Under the pieces are notes generated by a model. The model saw nothing but the letters and a program-made list of their open reading frames with translations. It had not been told where the DNA came from and ran no database searches. Position numbers and translations under genes: made by a program. DNA of 48,711 nt. It comes from Candidatus Hermodarchaeota archaeon. GTDB lineage: Archaea > Asgardarchaeota > Thorarchaeia > Thorarchaeales > Thorarchaeaceae. This document shows positions 10,419-20,093 of this stretch, piece after piece. Location of the stretch: the NCBI GenBank assembly GCA_048885865.1, contig JBHLLF010000021.1, positions 1-48,711 of the forward strand, read 5' to 3'. The stretch's first letter is position 1. Each line of letters opens with the position of its first letter.

Positions 10419-10652
10419 CCTATTTCTAAGATTGTTGAGAGAATAAATATGGTGGATCGCTACCGATGGCTTTTAGAGATCCCTCATTTCACGCGGACTG
10501 TACTGCCGTAGTGCTGCGCAAACCTACACCATCTGGTCGCGACCACCGCCCCTCTTTCTGCATCCCGGAGGCTGCCTCAATGAGCGATGGCGTTTCCTAT
10601 AGTTCATCGGTATGCATATACGGGATTGTACTTCACACAGGTTGGTGTCTGA

Positions 10653-11039
10653 ATGCGTCCCCCATGTGAAACTATTGTTGCAGCGATACTCCCTGCTATT
10701 CGCTCTCTTCTAGCCAGAGAGCTTGTTGAGAACCATTCCATGTCCCAGACGAAAGTTGCGGAGTTGCTTGGCACTACACAGCCAGCTATCAGCCAATACC
10801 TATCCCAGAAGAGAGGAGATCAATTGACAGACGCTCTAAGTTCTCTGCCGGATGTAAAGGCTGCAATTGAAACCCTTGTCGATGAGATTACTTCAGACAC
10901 GGTTTCGCAAAAAGACGCGGTGGGAACAATCTGTACTATATGCATGTCCCTCAGAAAAGATGGTACCGTTTGCACAATACATCAAGCCAAGTCTGATAAT
11001 CCAAAGGACTGTGATATGTGTCAATCCTTGCCAGAGTGA
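10653..11039 (+). CDS. HTH transcriptional regulator with Cys-rich C-terminus (archaeal COG2522-like)
   Basis: PCE...LPAIR, SQTKVAELLGTTQPAISQYL..KRG and C..C...C..H motifs. Confidence 0.8.
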   Translation: MRPPCETIVAAILPAIRSLLARELVENHSMSQTKVAELLGTTQPAISQYLSQKRGDQLTDALSSLPDVKAAIETLVDEITSDTVSQKDAVGTICTICMSLRKDGTVCTIHQAKSDNPKDCDMCQSLPE

Positions 11040-11177
11040 ATTACGACAGCTACTTGACCCAAAGCACGAATCGCATGGGACCGTGAGAGCCCGATAGAGA
11101 TATAACACTGTTATAGGGATTTGGGGCGTGCGGGATGGGTGGTCCTGAGATGTTAAGGATATTACCCCAGAGGAGTA

Positions 11178-11564
11178 ATGACAAAAAGGAGAAAGAAAAT
11201 GGACCTTAGAGAATCATTGATCCTGGTTGCACATTCAGTTGCTATATACTTCGTATGTTTTGCAGTGATGGGAATTTCCATGAGTACATTGGACTTATAT
11301 TCAGCCTTGATTGTTCATGCTGCTGCTGCACCATTTGTATCTGCAGCGTTCTCATACATCTACTATAAGAAATTCAACTACACGAGCCCTTTGGTGACAG
11401 CCACTGTGATAGTGGCCACTGTGATCTTATTGGACTTCTTCCTCACAGCAACAATCATCCTCAACGATTATAGTATGTTCTATGATCCCATTGGAACTTG
11501 GATTCCCTTCGCTTTGATCTTTAGTGCTGCTCTCATAGTAGGCTACTACCTGAATCGAGATTAG
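11178..11564 (+). CDS. Hypothetical membrane protein (about 4 TM)
   Basis: Hydrophobic helices; GAGGAG SD. Confidence 0.65.
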   Translation: MTKRRKKMDLRESLILVAHSVAIYFVCFAVMGISMSTLDLYSALIVHAAAAPFVSAAFSYIYYKKFNYTSPLVTATVIVATVILLDFFLTATIILNDYSMFYDPIGTWIPFALIFSAALIVGYYLNRD

Positions 11565-11596
11565 CAGTGGGTCAGCTACGCAGCTGACCCATCTGC
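11564..11596. terminator. Hairpin TGGGTCAGCT-acgc-AGCTGACCCA between convergent genes
   Basis: Perfect 10-bp stem just after the stop codon. Confidence 0.45.
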
Positions 11597-11656
11597 CCCC
11601 ACTGGCGGAACCTGACACAACATGTTGAATAGCGTTCTAGTTTCTACTGTACCAGG

Positions 11657-12145
11657 TCAGCCATGCAGAATGACGACCGTCTGTGCAACCTTGTCACCGT
11701 ATCTTTGAATGTGTGGAGAATTCCTTGCAATCCTGATTCCTACAATGTAAACCGCAATTCCATCAATTAGTCTGCACAGGTTCCTCGTCGCAGATTGCTT
11801 CATTTTTATCTTCGTTCCTTGCTCACTAACTACGCGAATTCCACTGATGAGTTTCCCAAGGGTGAATCCAAATAGCCCCTCCATCCCTATGAAATAAGCA
11901 AAGATTCCTATCAAGAACACTCCACAGAGGGGGTCAAAGACTATCCATAAATGGTCACCCGGCAACATGAGCCAGACACCCTTCACTTGATATGTAACCA
12001 AGATGAAAACAATCGCCAAAATCACGAAATCAATCATCTGTGCTGCTGCTCGTCTTGGAATTGAAGCCAACTGGACTTGATTTGACTTCCAAGTTTCAGA
12101 TTCAATTTCATCAACTTCATCGTTCAATAGTATTCTATCAATCAT
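11657..12145 (-). CDS. RDD family protein
   Basis: ASIPRRAAAQMID, G.TLGK..GIRVV and QR.GD.VA.T.V motifs. Confidence 0.85.
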   Translation of the reverse strand: MIDRILLNDEVDEIESETWKSNQVQLASIPRRAAAQMIDFVILAIVFILVTYQVKGVWLMLPGDHLWIVFDPLCGVFLIGIFAYFIGMEGLFGFTLGKLISGIRVVSEQGTKIKMKQSATRNLCRLIDGIAVYIVGIRIARNSPHIQRYGDKVAQTVVILHG

Positions 12146-12584
12146 TTTTCCTCACCAACTCATTGTGTTTTGGAGGAACTATGGTCCTAAATAGCTGAGA
12201 ATCCGGAGGGCCTATGACATCGCATCGCGCAGTCCAGATGCACCCATCCAGTACGACTTCCATTTTGAATCCAGCATCCTCCAACCGAAGCATGTATTCA
12301 ATATAGGAAATGCATTCGATCAGTTGATTCCGCGATAAGCTGACATCGTCAGCTGAATCATCGATTGATTCAGAATGGGCTGATTTCGCCCTCCGGCCAA
12401 CTCCCATGAAGATATCAATCTCAAGCGAGATCTCGTCCCATCTATCAGGCCCCCTCGTCAGATAGATTCTAACATATTCGTCGTTATGTAGGAGAACTGT
12501 TCGTCCGGTTTCAAAGTACAAGGGATCGAGTTGAGAGGTAGAGCAAAGAAGCTCGTACCCCTCAATCAAATCAGATATGTTCAT
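12138..12584 (-). CDS. Hypothetical protein
   Basis: ORF tightly coupled to the ABC operon; likely start MNISD. Confidence 0.6.
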   Translation of the reverse strand: MNISDLIEGYELLCSTSQLDPLYFETGRTVLLHNDEYVRIYLTRGPDRWDEISLEIDIFMGVGRRAKSAHSESIDDSADDVSLSRNQLIECISYIEYMLRLEDAGFKMEVVLDGCIWTARCDVIGPPDSQLFRTIVPPKHNELVRKND

Positions 12585-12585
12585 T

Positions 12586-13749
12586 CTACTTGCCTCTTCC
12601 CCATTTCTCGAAGACCAGGGTTCCAACAAGAGCTACTGCAATGCCAGCTGTGATCACTAGAGTGAGGTCAATCCAAATGGAAAGAGTGTCAATTGCGGCA
12701 CCCCTCAGGAATAAGGTAGTCAGTGCATCTGTCACATACTTGCTGGGCATTACAGAAGCAATCGTGTCTGCGATACCACCAAGAGGCATGAATGTTCCAA
12801 GAAACATCTGTGGCATGGCAATCATGAATGCCAGACCCGTCGCCCCATCGGCTGAGTTCGAGAATGTAGCTGCAATGAGCCCTAAACCGACGCAGGAAAG
12901 AGAAAAGATGGCGAGAATCATGATGGCAAATCCGATTCCAGCCATTCCAGTGGAAGGTCTATAGCCAATCAAGTAGGATGTCAGAAATATCATACCAACT
13001 TGAAGAATGGCGACGGCCATGTAAGAGATAGTCTGGCTCAGCATATAGTCTGAGGATGTCAAAGGCGTGGTCGACATTCTTCTGAGAAGGCCCTCACTCC
13101 TCTCTACGGTCATTGACTGTGCTACAATAACGGTGATGAAAATCGCAGAGAAAGCAAACATACCTGGAACCATGAAGTCCCATTGGGAGAAAGCATTGGC
13201 CGAAATGAGTTGCGGACTTGGAAGTTCAACTGGTACATCAAATGACACTTGTGTGCTTCCAAAGAGTGTGTTCAGAAAGGCCTGCTGGACAATTGGTGGA
13301 ACCGCCACAGTAGCGATTAGCGATCCACTATCAAGATATAGTCCAATGGATGTGTTCCTCCAACTGCTTCCATCAAGGGGAGATGACCAATAGGATTGGC
13401 AGCTATCGCCAAATCCTTGGGGGATGACAATTAGCGCATCTAAGCTTCCCTGAAGAAGATTCTCCTGCCCGGTTTCGTTGTCATCATATAGCACGATTGC
13501 AAAGTCATCAGTTTCACTGAGGTTTGAAATGAATCCACTGGACCATTCGGGATTGCCTGATGATTCATCTAGATTAACTACGCCAATTTCAAAGCTCTGT
13601 GGCCCAGAATCGCCGATTCCTCCGAATGCGAATCCAAAAACGGTAGTAAGAACAACAGGAAACAGAACTAGCAGGAATAGAGTACCTGGATCTCTTACTA
13701 GCTTCTTCATGTTCTTCTTCACCAGTGAAAAAACACGTCGTGCTTCCAT
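12586..13749 (-). CDS. ABC-2 type transporter permease
   Basis: RDP.TL..L.LFP, ER..GLLRR..TP motifs; about 6 TM. Confidence 0.9.
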   Translation of the reverse strand: MEARRVFSLVKKNMKKLVRDPGTLFLLVLFPVVLTTVFGFAFGGIGDSGPQSFEIGVVNLDESSGNPEWSSGFISNLSETDDFAIVLYDDNETGQENLLQGSLDALIVIPQGFGDSCQSYWSSPLDGSSWRNTSIGLYLDSGSLIATVAVPPIVQQAFLNTLFGSTQVSFDVPVELPSPQLISANAFSQWDFMVPGMFAFSAIFITVIVAQSMTVERSEGLLRRMSTTPLTSSDYMLSQTISYMAVAILQVGMIFLTSYLIGYRPSTGMAGIGFAIMILAIFSLSCVGLGLIAATFSNSADGATGLAFMIAMPQMFLGTFMPLGGIADTIASVMPSKYVTDALTTLFLRGAAIDTLSIWIDLTLVITAGIAVALVGTLVFEKWGRGK

Positions 13750-14529
13750 CTAGACCGCCTCCCTTAGCTTCTTGCCCGTCCTAAGTACAAACACTTCTTC
13801 TAGGTCTTCGACCCCGTACTTGTCAATCAGTTCCTGAGGCGGTCCTAGTTCTATCAGTCTGCCTTCATCGATTATGCCGACTCTGTCAGAGAGCTCCTGA
13901 GCTTCTTCCATGTAATGGGTAGTTAGAACAATAGCTTTGTTTTGGACTCTTAGCTCCCTGATGAAGTCCCAGACAGACCTACGAGACACTGGATCCATTG
14001 CGACCGTGGGCTCATCAAGTAGAGCAACTGAAGGATCATGTATTAGAGCCATAATTGTGCTGATACGTCGTACCATACCACCACTATAATGACTAGCACG
14101 TCTGTCAATATCATCCTCCATGCCTACCCTTTTAGCTAGGACCTCTATTCGATCATCCAATAATTCTGGAGGAACTGAATGAAGCTGGCCAAACAGCTCT
14201 ACATTTTCTCTGCCAGTTAGATATGGAAAGAACGCTGGTTGCTGTGGACATAGACCAATCAGCTTCCTCACTGCGTTCGCGTTCTCCACCACATCATATC
14301 CAGCAACCTTGGCCGCTCCATCTGTTGGATTCTCTAAAGTAGAGAGCATGTTGACTGTTGTGGTCTTTCCGGCTCCATTTGGTCCTAGAAGGCCAAATAT
14401 CTCACCCCAGGCAATAGCAAGGGTGACTCCATCAACAGCTACGAGATTTCCGAACCTTTTGGTTAGATTCTTCATTTCAATGGCTGATCCATTGAGTTCC
14501 TTCAACGTTTGTTCAATTGTCACTTGCAA
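13750..14529 (-). CDS. ABC transporter ATP-binding protein
   Basis: GPNGAGKTT, YSGGM, LLDEPT and TTHYMEEA motifs. Confidence 0.93.
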   Translation of the reverse strand: MQVTIEQTLKELNGSAIEMKNLTKRFGNLVAVDGVTLAIAWGEIFGLLGPNGAGKTTTVNMLSTLENPTDGAAKVAGYDVVENANAVRKLIGLCPQQPAFFPYLTGRENVELFGQLHSVPPELLDDRIEVLAKRVGMEDDIDRRASHYSGGMVRRISTIMALIHDPSVALLDEPTVAMDPVSRRSVWDFIRELRVQNKAIVLTTHYMEEAQELSDRVGIIDEGRLIELGPPQELIDKYGVEDLEEVFVLRTGKKLREAV

Positions 14530-14677
14530 TTTACCAAATCACCTATGCCAAGATTTGGCAAAAGTTGCAATTCTATTCGTGTGTGCCAATGAGTTCAGAA
14601 TTTGCTTGACAATGCAAAGAGGTGGCACGTTTTGTGAACCCACAAGTTCACATTACAGAGTGAAGTATCATTGAAGC

Positions 14678-15598
14678 CTAGAATCCAGCTTCAGTGAGCA
14701 TTTCTTCCAGTCGAATACTACGAATATCGGGAAAACTCACTGAAGGTCTGCCAAATAGAGCTTGGCAAGATTTCACAGAGGGCGACCCTGCAATCTTTTT
14801 CGATATCTGATCCGCATCTTTAAACTGGTCAACAACAAAAACTGCAAAGACCACTGGTTCAGTGGCTGATACCAGTGGTCCATAAAAGGCCACAGGGAAG
14901 TTTTGACCAATAAAGATGAGAACATCTTCTAGACTCCCAGTTTTCTCATCCCATTGAATTCTCAAAAGGAATACAAATCCATCTCCCGCACTCAAGTTCC
15001 ACCTAATACCAAGAGAAACCGCACCGCTCTCGAGAAGCATCTTAATGGTGGCTCGAGTTCTTCTGACCGTCAGTCCTGTGAGCTCTGATATCTCGTTGGT
15101 AGGCATGCGCGGATTCTTGACAAGGCAATTTAGAACCCTGAGTTGGAGTTTGGTCAATTCAGTCTTCGAACCGTGATTTGCATCCTTTACCAAGCTGTGG
15201 AGCTCAACATGGTTTGCATTCTTAATTCCCCGAAGAAAGCTACCCAGGTCTCTAAGACTCTCTGAGCCGATGGAAGTTCCCATTGCTAGATATGAAGACC
15301 CAGATAAGATACCGACCTCTCTAACTAGTTTGTGTGATCCTATGAGATTGAGGCATTCCTCTTCATTCTCAGAACCATCAGTGGAAATCACAGCAAGGAA
15401 ATTATCACCATCAACCATTGCGGGGGAAAGGTCTGCAGTGAATCGCACAATCACACCTGTGTCAATAAGCTTCTGAACACGCTTCTTGACTGCGTTTGCT
15501 GTCATGTTAAACTGCTGTGCAAGGGTCCGATAGGGTGTCCTACAGTTTTGGAGCAACCCAAAGAGAATTCCCTTGTCTATCTCGTCCAATCTTCGCAC
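14678..15598 (-). CDS. Tandem Lrp/AsnC-family transcriptional regulator
   Basis: Two wHTH + RAM repeats (LDEIDKGIL..L..NCR; LTKLQLRVL..L..NPR). Confidence 0.8.
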   Translation of the reverse strand: MRRLDEIDKGILFGLLQNCRTPYRTLAQQFNMTANAVKKRVQKLIDTGVIVRFTADLSPAMVDGDNFLAVISTDGSENEEECLNLIGSHKLVREVGILSGSSYLAMGTSIGSESLRDLGSFLRGIKNANHVELHSLVKDANHGSKTELTKLQLRVLNCLVKNPRMPTNEISELTGLTVRRTRATIKMLLESGAVSLGIRWNLSAGDGFVFLLRIQWDEKTGSLEDVLIFIGQNFPVAFYGPLVSATEPVVFAVFVVDQFKDADQISKKIAGSPSVKSCQALFGRPSVSFPDIRSIRLEEMLTEAGF

Positions 15599-15688
15599 CT
15601 AGCCGCCGAAATAGTAGAGTGTCCTCGCTAATATCGTATTCGGACTTGGACTTACTGTGTTGCTTGAGTCCATCTGATTCTCTCTGCC

Positions 15689-16507
15689 CTAGGTGAATGT
15701 ATCGATGCTCCGTCTTGCAGCTATCATCAGATTGTACGAACGCGTAATCATCTTCGTTGCGTCATAATTCCAAATCTTCCTAGCAAGACTCCACTTGATT
15801 TTCAGTTCGTTATATCTTCTAGAGAGTATTGAGTATCTTTTCTTGAGGACTTTTGCCTGCGCATTGGGATCTTTTGCTTGAGCACGCAAGTCCTTGGCCA
15901 GAATCTCAAACGAGGATATATCATGAGAGAGTGTACGAATTACAGCCTCTTCCACTATCGATTGCTTTCCAACCAATCTAAGTCGAGACCATCTTGAAAC
16001 TTCAGCTCCAAGGATGCGTAGCTCCTCGCTTATTTTCTTCGAATCTGCAAACCTATTTGGCTCATCAGATTGTAAGAGTCTTCGTCTGTCCTTCAATCTG
16101 AGAACAGGGAATAAGAGAACTCCAGGTCGAAGACGAATTGATGCCGACTTTCGCACTAATCGTTCAACTCTCTTTTTCTGACCAGCAGTAGGGTCTTTGA
16201 ATCGGTATGAAACAACGGCATAGACACGTCTACTGATGGCGTCTTCCCCGCGCTCACTGGCACTTGGAATCTCACGAGTCTTTTGAAAGGAAATCGCTGG
16301 CAGATCCTGGAGAATTGATTGTTCTTTGGTAATTTGCCCATGAAGTAGGAATAAGCCTCTTCCGACTCTAACCATTTTCCCAAGAGAATTGAGCTTCTTC
16401 ATGTATTCCCGTAATGTCTGAGATTTTCCCATGACAACAATGAGTCGTGACTGTCCCTTCATTGTGGTGTCAAGTGCAGTGGAATCAGATACATCCGCAT
16501 CGCTCAC
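15689..16507 (-). CDS. Basic hypothetical protein, possible ChrB-N/PaaX-like domains plus helical C-terminus
   Basis: YAVVSYRF......KKRVERLVRK...RLRPGVLLFP pattern; family call uncertain. Confidence 0.55.
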   Translation of the reverse strand: MSDADVSDSTALDTTMKGQSRLIVVMGKSQTLREYMKKLNSLGKMVRVGRGLFLLHGQITKEQSILQDLPAISFQKTREIPSASERGEDAISRRVYAVVSYRFKDPTAGQKKRVERLVRKSASIRLRPGVLLFPVLRLKDRRRLLQSDEPNRFADSKKISEELRILGAEVSRWSRLRLVGKQSIVEEAVIRTLSHDISSFEILAKDLRAQAKDPNAQAKVLKKRYSILSRRYNELKIKWSLARKIWNYDATKMITRSYNLMIAARRSIDTFT

Positions 16508-16747
16508 AATACATCAGTTCTCCGAAAAGACAAATAGTGACACACTGTCGCGCATACCATATTCGTTAATATTCTTGTCTACGAGGTCTATAACCACTTC
16601 TGATAATTAACCAACTTGATAACGCCTATAATTCAATAAATAACGCTCATTGGTCTTTAATTCTGATTTTAGGATGCCATTCAGTCCGTAGTTTTCATAG
16701 TCATTCTTTACTCATTTTTCGAGTAGCATTGTTGTGAGGTGAACTTC

Positions 16748-16828
16748 ATGTACTTTGACGATGAAGACATCTGGGCCGATGATGATGACGATTGGGACGA
16801 TGATGATTGGGAAGACGATGACGAATAG
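16748..16828 (+). CDS. Ultra-acidic 26-aa micropeptide MYFDDEDIWADDDDDWDDDDWEDDDE
   Basis: ATG..TAG with GAGGTGA SD at 16736-16742, complementary to the 16S 3' end in this window; mixed GAT/GAC codons; too short for the ORF track. Confidence 0.7.
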   Translation: MYFDDEDIWADDDDDWDDDDWEDDDE

Positions 16829-16900
16829 TCATAGTCAGATCTGATTCATCAATCTCATCCGTTGTCACTTCGTGTTTCTGAATTAAAAGGAGATAACCCA

Positions 16901-16975
16901 ATGGCGAAGAAGAAACCAACTACAAAGAAAAAGAAAACCGAACCAAAGGCGGCTCCTGCCAAGAAGAAGAAATAG
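16901..16975 (+). CDS. Ultra-basic 24-aa micropeptide MAKKKPTTKKKKTEPKAAPAKKKK
   Basis: ATG..TAG with AAGGAG SD at 16887-16892; Lys/Ala/Pro-rich. Confidence 0.7.
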   Translation: MAKKKPTTKKKKTEPKAAPAKKKK

Positions 16976-16987
16976 CAGCATGATGTA

Positions 16988-17008
16988 GGATGAGCTCATA
17001 GCTCATCC
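16988..17008 (+). terminator. Hairpin GGATGAGCT-cat-AGCTCATCC after the micropeptide pair
   Basis: Perfect 9-bp stem with outer CAGCA/TGCTG pairing; T-rich tract near 17040. Confidence 0.5.
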
Positions 17009-17179
17009 AGCCTGCTGTTGAACTTCAGACTTATTCTCATTTTGTTTTCATATTATTGGTAAGAGGACAGGATGCACATGAGAATCCTTCGTGCTTAGAA
17101 GTCCAGGGAAATAGCACCTGCTTTTCTATTCATCTGCCCGAACAATATAAAATACGCTTCATCGGGGTTTTGAAACAAG

Positions 17180-18718
17180 TTGATATCAAGGCGTGAAACT
17201 GAGCTGACTCTAGAGGAAACAGAAAGAGCTCTCAGAAACATGGTGAAGCAGGGAACTGCTGTTCAAATCAGAACCACTTTTACAGAGAGTGTATTCTTAG
17301 TTGCATTCGCCCTTCTTTTGGGTGCGCCAAATACTGTAATAGGAATCTTGGCGGCAATTCCATCAGTGACGCAGTTCCTGCAGCTACCCGCTGTCATCCT
17401 AATTGAGAAATTCAAGAATCGTCGGCGGCTGAATTTCATAACTCAGCTGGGAAATAGATTTGGCGTTCTAGTAATGGCCCTCATTCCATTCATATCAACC
17501 TCAGAAATCAGCGTATTTCTTCTTATTGCAGCACTGGCTATTCAAGCGGTGTTCACAGCTCTCGGATCTCCAAGTTGGAACTCATGGCTGAAGGACCTTG
17601 TTCCACCAGAAAAGCTTGGACGCTTCTTCGCAACAAGAATGACGGTCATGGGAATTGTTGGCATTATCGCGTCGGTTATTGGAGGCTTCTTCATTGGCGA
17701 ATGGAGCCGAATCAATCCCGGCGTCCCGATAATTGGTTATTCTATACTCTTCCTTTTCGCATTCCTTGCAGGGATGATTGCGATATTCTATACATTGTCC
17801 ACTCCTGAACCTCCTATGCTGACAACGCATGAAAAAATGAGCTATTCGGACCTCTTGGCCAAGCCATTCCAGAATAGGAACTTCAGAAACCTGATGTGGT
17901 TCTCAGCTGTGTGGGGTTTTAGCACAGGTCTGGCGGCACCATTCTTCACGGTGTATCTCCTTTTGAGATTAGGTCTTGATATCACTCTCGCTGCGGCGCT
18001 TGCAGCTCTAACTCAATTAACCAGCGTTGTCTTCTTCAGATTCTGGGGAGGATTATCTGATCGCTTGAGTAACAAATCCATATTGCAGGTCACAGTACCT
18101 CTATTCATGTTGGGAACTTTTCTCTGGACATTCTCCTCGATAGCTTCAGACTATAATCTTACAATTCCGCTTCTTGTTATAATTCACATTCTGACTGGAT
18201 TTTCCGCTGCTGGTGTGAATCTCACCTCCAATAATATTGGATTAAAGCTCTGTCCCAAAGGCCAATCATCTGTCTTCATTGCTGCAAAAGGTGTTGTTAC
18301 TGCGGTCACAGGTACGATTGCGCCCATCCTGGCAGGTATCTTGGCGGACTTATTCGACTTACATCAGCTATCCATTTCCATCACATGGATCAGTCCTACT
18401 GGCGTGGTAGTCGTCGATGCGTATCGGCTCATGGGACTTGACTTCATACTCATACTCTCCGTCATCTTCGGAATCTTTGCGGTATATAGGCTTGCATATA
18501 TAGAGGAGCAAGGTGAAGTTGAAGAAAGAGTAGTCCTAGAGGCGATAGTTGCTGAAACACGGCGCAATGTCAAAACGATTTCCACTGTTGATGGTCTTCG
18601 TCATACTTTTGAAGCTCCCATTAATTTGACTCGAAGGGCAGTAAAGAGGAGAAGAAAGAAGAAGAAAGTCAAGTCTGAGGAGCCCCTATATGGAACCAGA
18701 GAAGAAACTATGGAATAG
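17180..18718 (+). CDS. MFS transporter
   Basis: About 12 TM; W.SW..DLVP...GRFF and WGGLSDR..NK motifs. Confidence 0.85.
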   Translation: MISRRETELTLEETERALRNMVKQGTAVQIRTTFTESVFLVAFALLLGAPNTVIGILAAIPSVTQFLQLPAVILIEKFKNRRRLNFITQLGNRFGVLVMALIPFISTSEISVFLLIAALAIQAVFTALGSPSWNSWLKDLVPPEKLGRFFATRMTVMGIVGIIASVIGGFFIGEWSRINPGVPIIGYSILFLFAFLAGMIAIFYTLSTPEPPMLTTHEKMSYSDLLAKPFQNRNFRNLMWFSAVWGFSTGLAAPFFTVYLLLRLGLDITLAAALAALTQLTSVVFFRFWGGLSDRLSNKSILQVTVPLFMLGTFLWTFSSIASDYNLTIPLLVIIHILTGFSAAGVNLTSNNIGLKLCPKGQSSVFIAAKGVVTAVTGTIAPILAGILADLFDLHQLSISITWISPTGVVVVDAYRLMGLDFILILSVIFGIFAVYRLAYIEEQGEVEERVVLEAIVAETRRNVKTISTVDGLRHTFEAPINLTRRAVKRRRKKKKVKSEEPLYGTREETME

Positions 18719-18740
18719 GGTGAGTCATAAAGGCGGCCCG

Positions 18741-19706
18741 CTAAATCCATTGCCTTCTCCTGAAGTAAAAGAGGAACAGCACACCAATTGCAAGCATTGT
18801 TAGGACAACCAGTGGATATGCATATTCCAATTGAAATGGCATGTTTTGAAAATTCATACCAAAGATGCTTGCAATTAGTGTGAGGGGCATTAGAATAGTT
18901 GATACAACAGTCAGAACCTTGACGGTTTCGTTCGTCTTCGTATCAAGACGCAATAGATGAATCTCTAGCATGTTAGACAGATTATCCAAGTAAGCATCTG
19001 CCATTTCTCCTACATGAAGAAGATGGTCATGGAGATCCTTCAGGTATGGTCGGGAAGTTTCCATAATTACCTCTGACTCATCTCGTATGAGTCTTGAAAC
19101 CGCCTCTCGGAGTGGTCGAACGGTCCTCTGGAAAACGCCCATTAGATGCCTTAGTCTGTATATCTCATTAAGGGTAGTTTTATCCCATGATTCTAAAGCG
19201 TCCTCAAGTGCTTGAATTCTGTCATCAAATGAATCCATTACAGCTATATATCGATCAACCAAGGCGTCAATCAATAGATATCCCAAGAAATCAGACTTGC
19301 TGTTTCTCACCCTGCTCTTGGGATTTGATAGTCTTTGTCTTATGTGTGAAAAGAAGTCAATGTCACTCTCTTGAAATGATAAGACGAATCCAGAGCCCAC
19401 AATTATACTAACCTTTTCTGACTCCATTTGCACCGATGAGGTCAGTCTGAACTCTCGAAGAATCAAACAGAACTGGTCAGGGCCAGCGTCTAATTTAGGA
19501 CGATGTTTAGGATTGAGGATGTCTTCAACCAGGAGTGAGTGTATTCCGAACTGCCTACCAATCTGTTCAACCGATTGTCTTTCCTGAAGTCCCTTAAGAT
19601 GGACCCATCTTGTTAACTTAGAGTCCGCTGGTTCTGCACAATCATCGATAGAAGCCGCATCAGACACTCTAATTTCGGTTGGGCTGAAATCGATTATTGT
19701 GATCAT
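18741..19706 (-). CDS. corA: Magnesium/cobalt transporter CorA
   Basis: EDILN...RPK and GMNF signature; 2 C-terminal TM. Confidence 0.93.
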   Translation of the reverse strand: MITIIDFSPTEIRVSDAASIDDCAEPADSKLTRWVHLKGLQERQSVEQIGRQFGIHSLLVEDILNPKHRPKLDAGPDQFCLILREFRLTSSVQMESEKVSIIVGSGFVLSFQESDIDFFSHIRQRLSNPKSRVRNSKSDFLGYLLIDALVDRYIAVMDSFDDRIQALEDALESWDKTTLNEIYRLRHLMGVFQRTVRPLREAVSRLIRDESEVIMETSRPYLKDLHDHLLHVGEMADAYLDNLSNMLEIHLLRLDTKTNETVKVLTVVSTILMPLTLIASIFGMNFQNMPFQLEYAYPLVVLTMLAIGVLFLFYFRRRQWI

Positions 19707-19838
19707 TGTGGTTCACTCTGTCCCGATTTTGGATTCACCAGATTCTATGGAAACTTCCTTTGATAGGCCTTTATTCTGACTCATCGGAAGTGTTCCATAT
19801 TGCTGCCTTGTCATTCATTGGCAAGAGTGAATTCCATG

Positions 19839-20054
19839 CTATATAGGAACTCCTCCGGTTAGCATGCTAATGCAGATAATCATGGATAGCAGGAAGATCG
19901 CCGCCAACAACGTGTAATATGAGAAGAACTCTTCGGCGGTCATTGGATCATCTTTCGTGCGGGACTCTCGCTTTGGTTTTCGTTGACTCTTCCTCTTCTT
20001 GATATGAGTTGGTTTGGCTGAAGCGGAGCTCTTTCGAGTCGTGACTGTGCTCAT
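19839..20054 (-). CDS. Small basic protein with single C-terminal TM (tail-anchored-like)
   Basis: K/R/S-rich N-terminus, hydrophobic C-terminus. Confidence 0.55.
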   Translation of the reverse strand: MSTVTTRKSSASAKPTHIKKRKSQRKPKRESRTKDDPMTAEEFFSYYTLLAAIFLLSMIICISMLTGGVPI

Positions 20055-20093
20055 CTTTCTTTAGGCAGCTCCGTATTCATGTTTTTCAGCTAT

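Noticed and set aside
16760-16825. GAT-rich tract as a mere microsatellite
   Set aside because: GAT/GAC/GAA variation is confined to third positions with in-frame TGG codons and an SD, which favours coding.
16973-17008. TAG followed by a hairpin as a pyrrolysine/read-through signal
   Set aside because: An in-frame TGA follows five codons later, and no pyl genes are visible.
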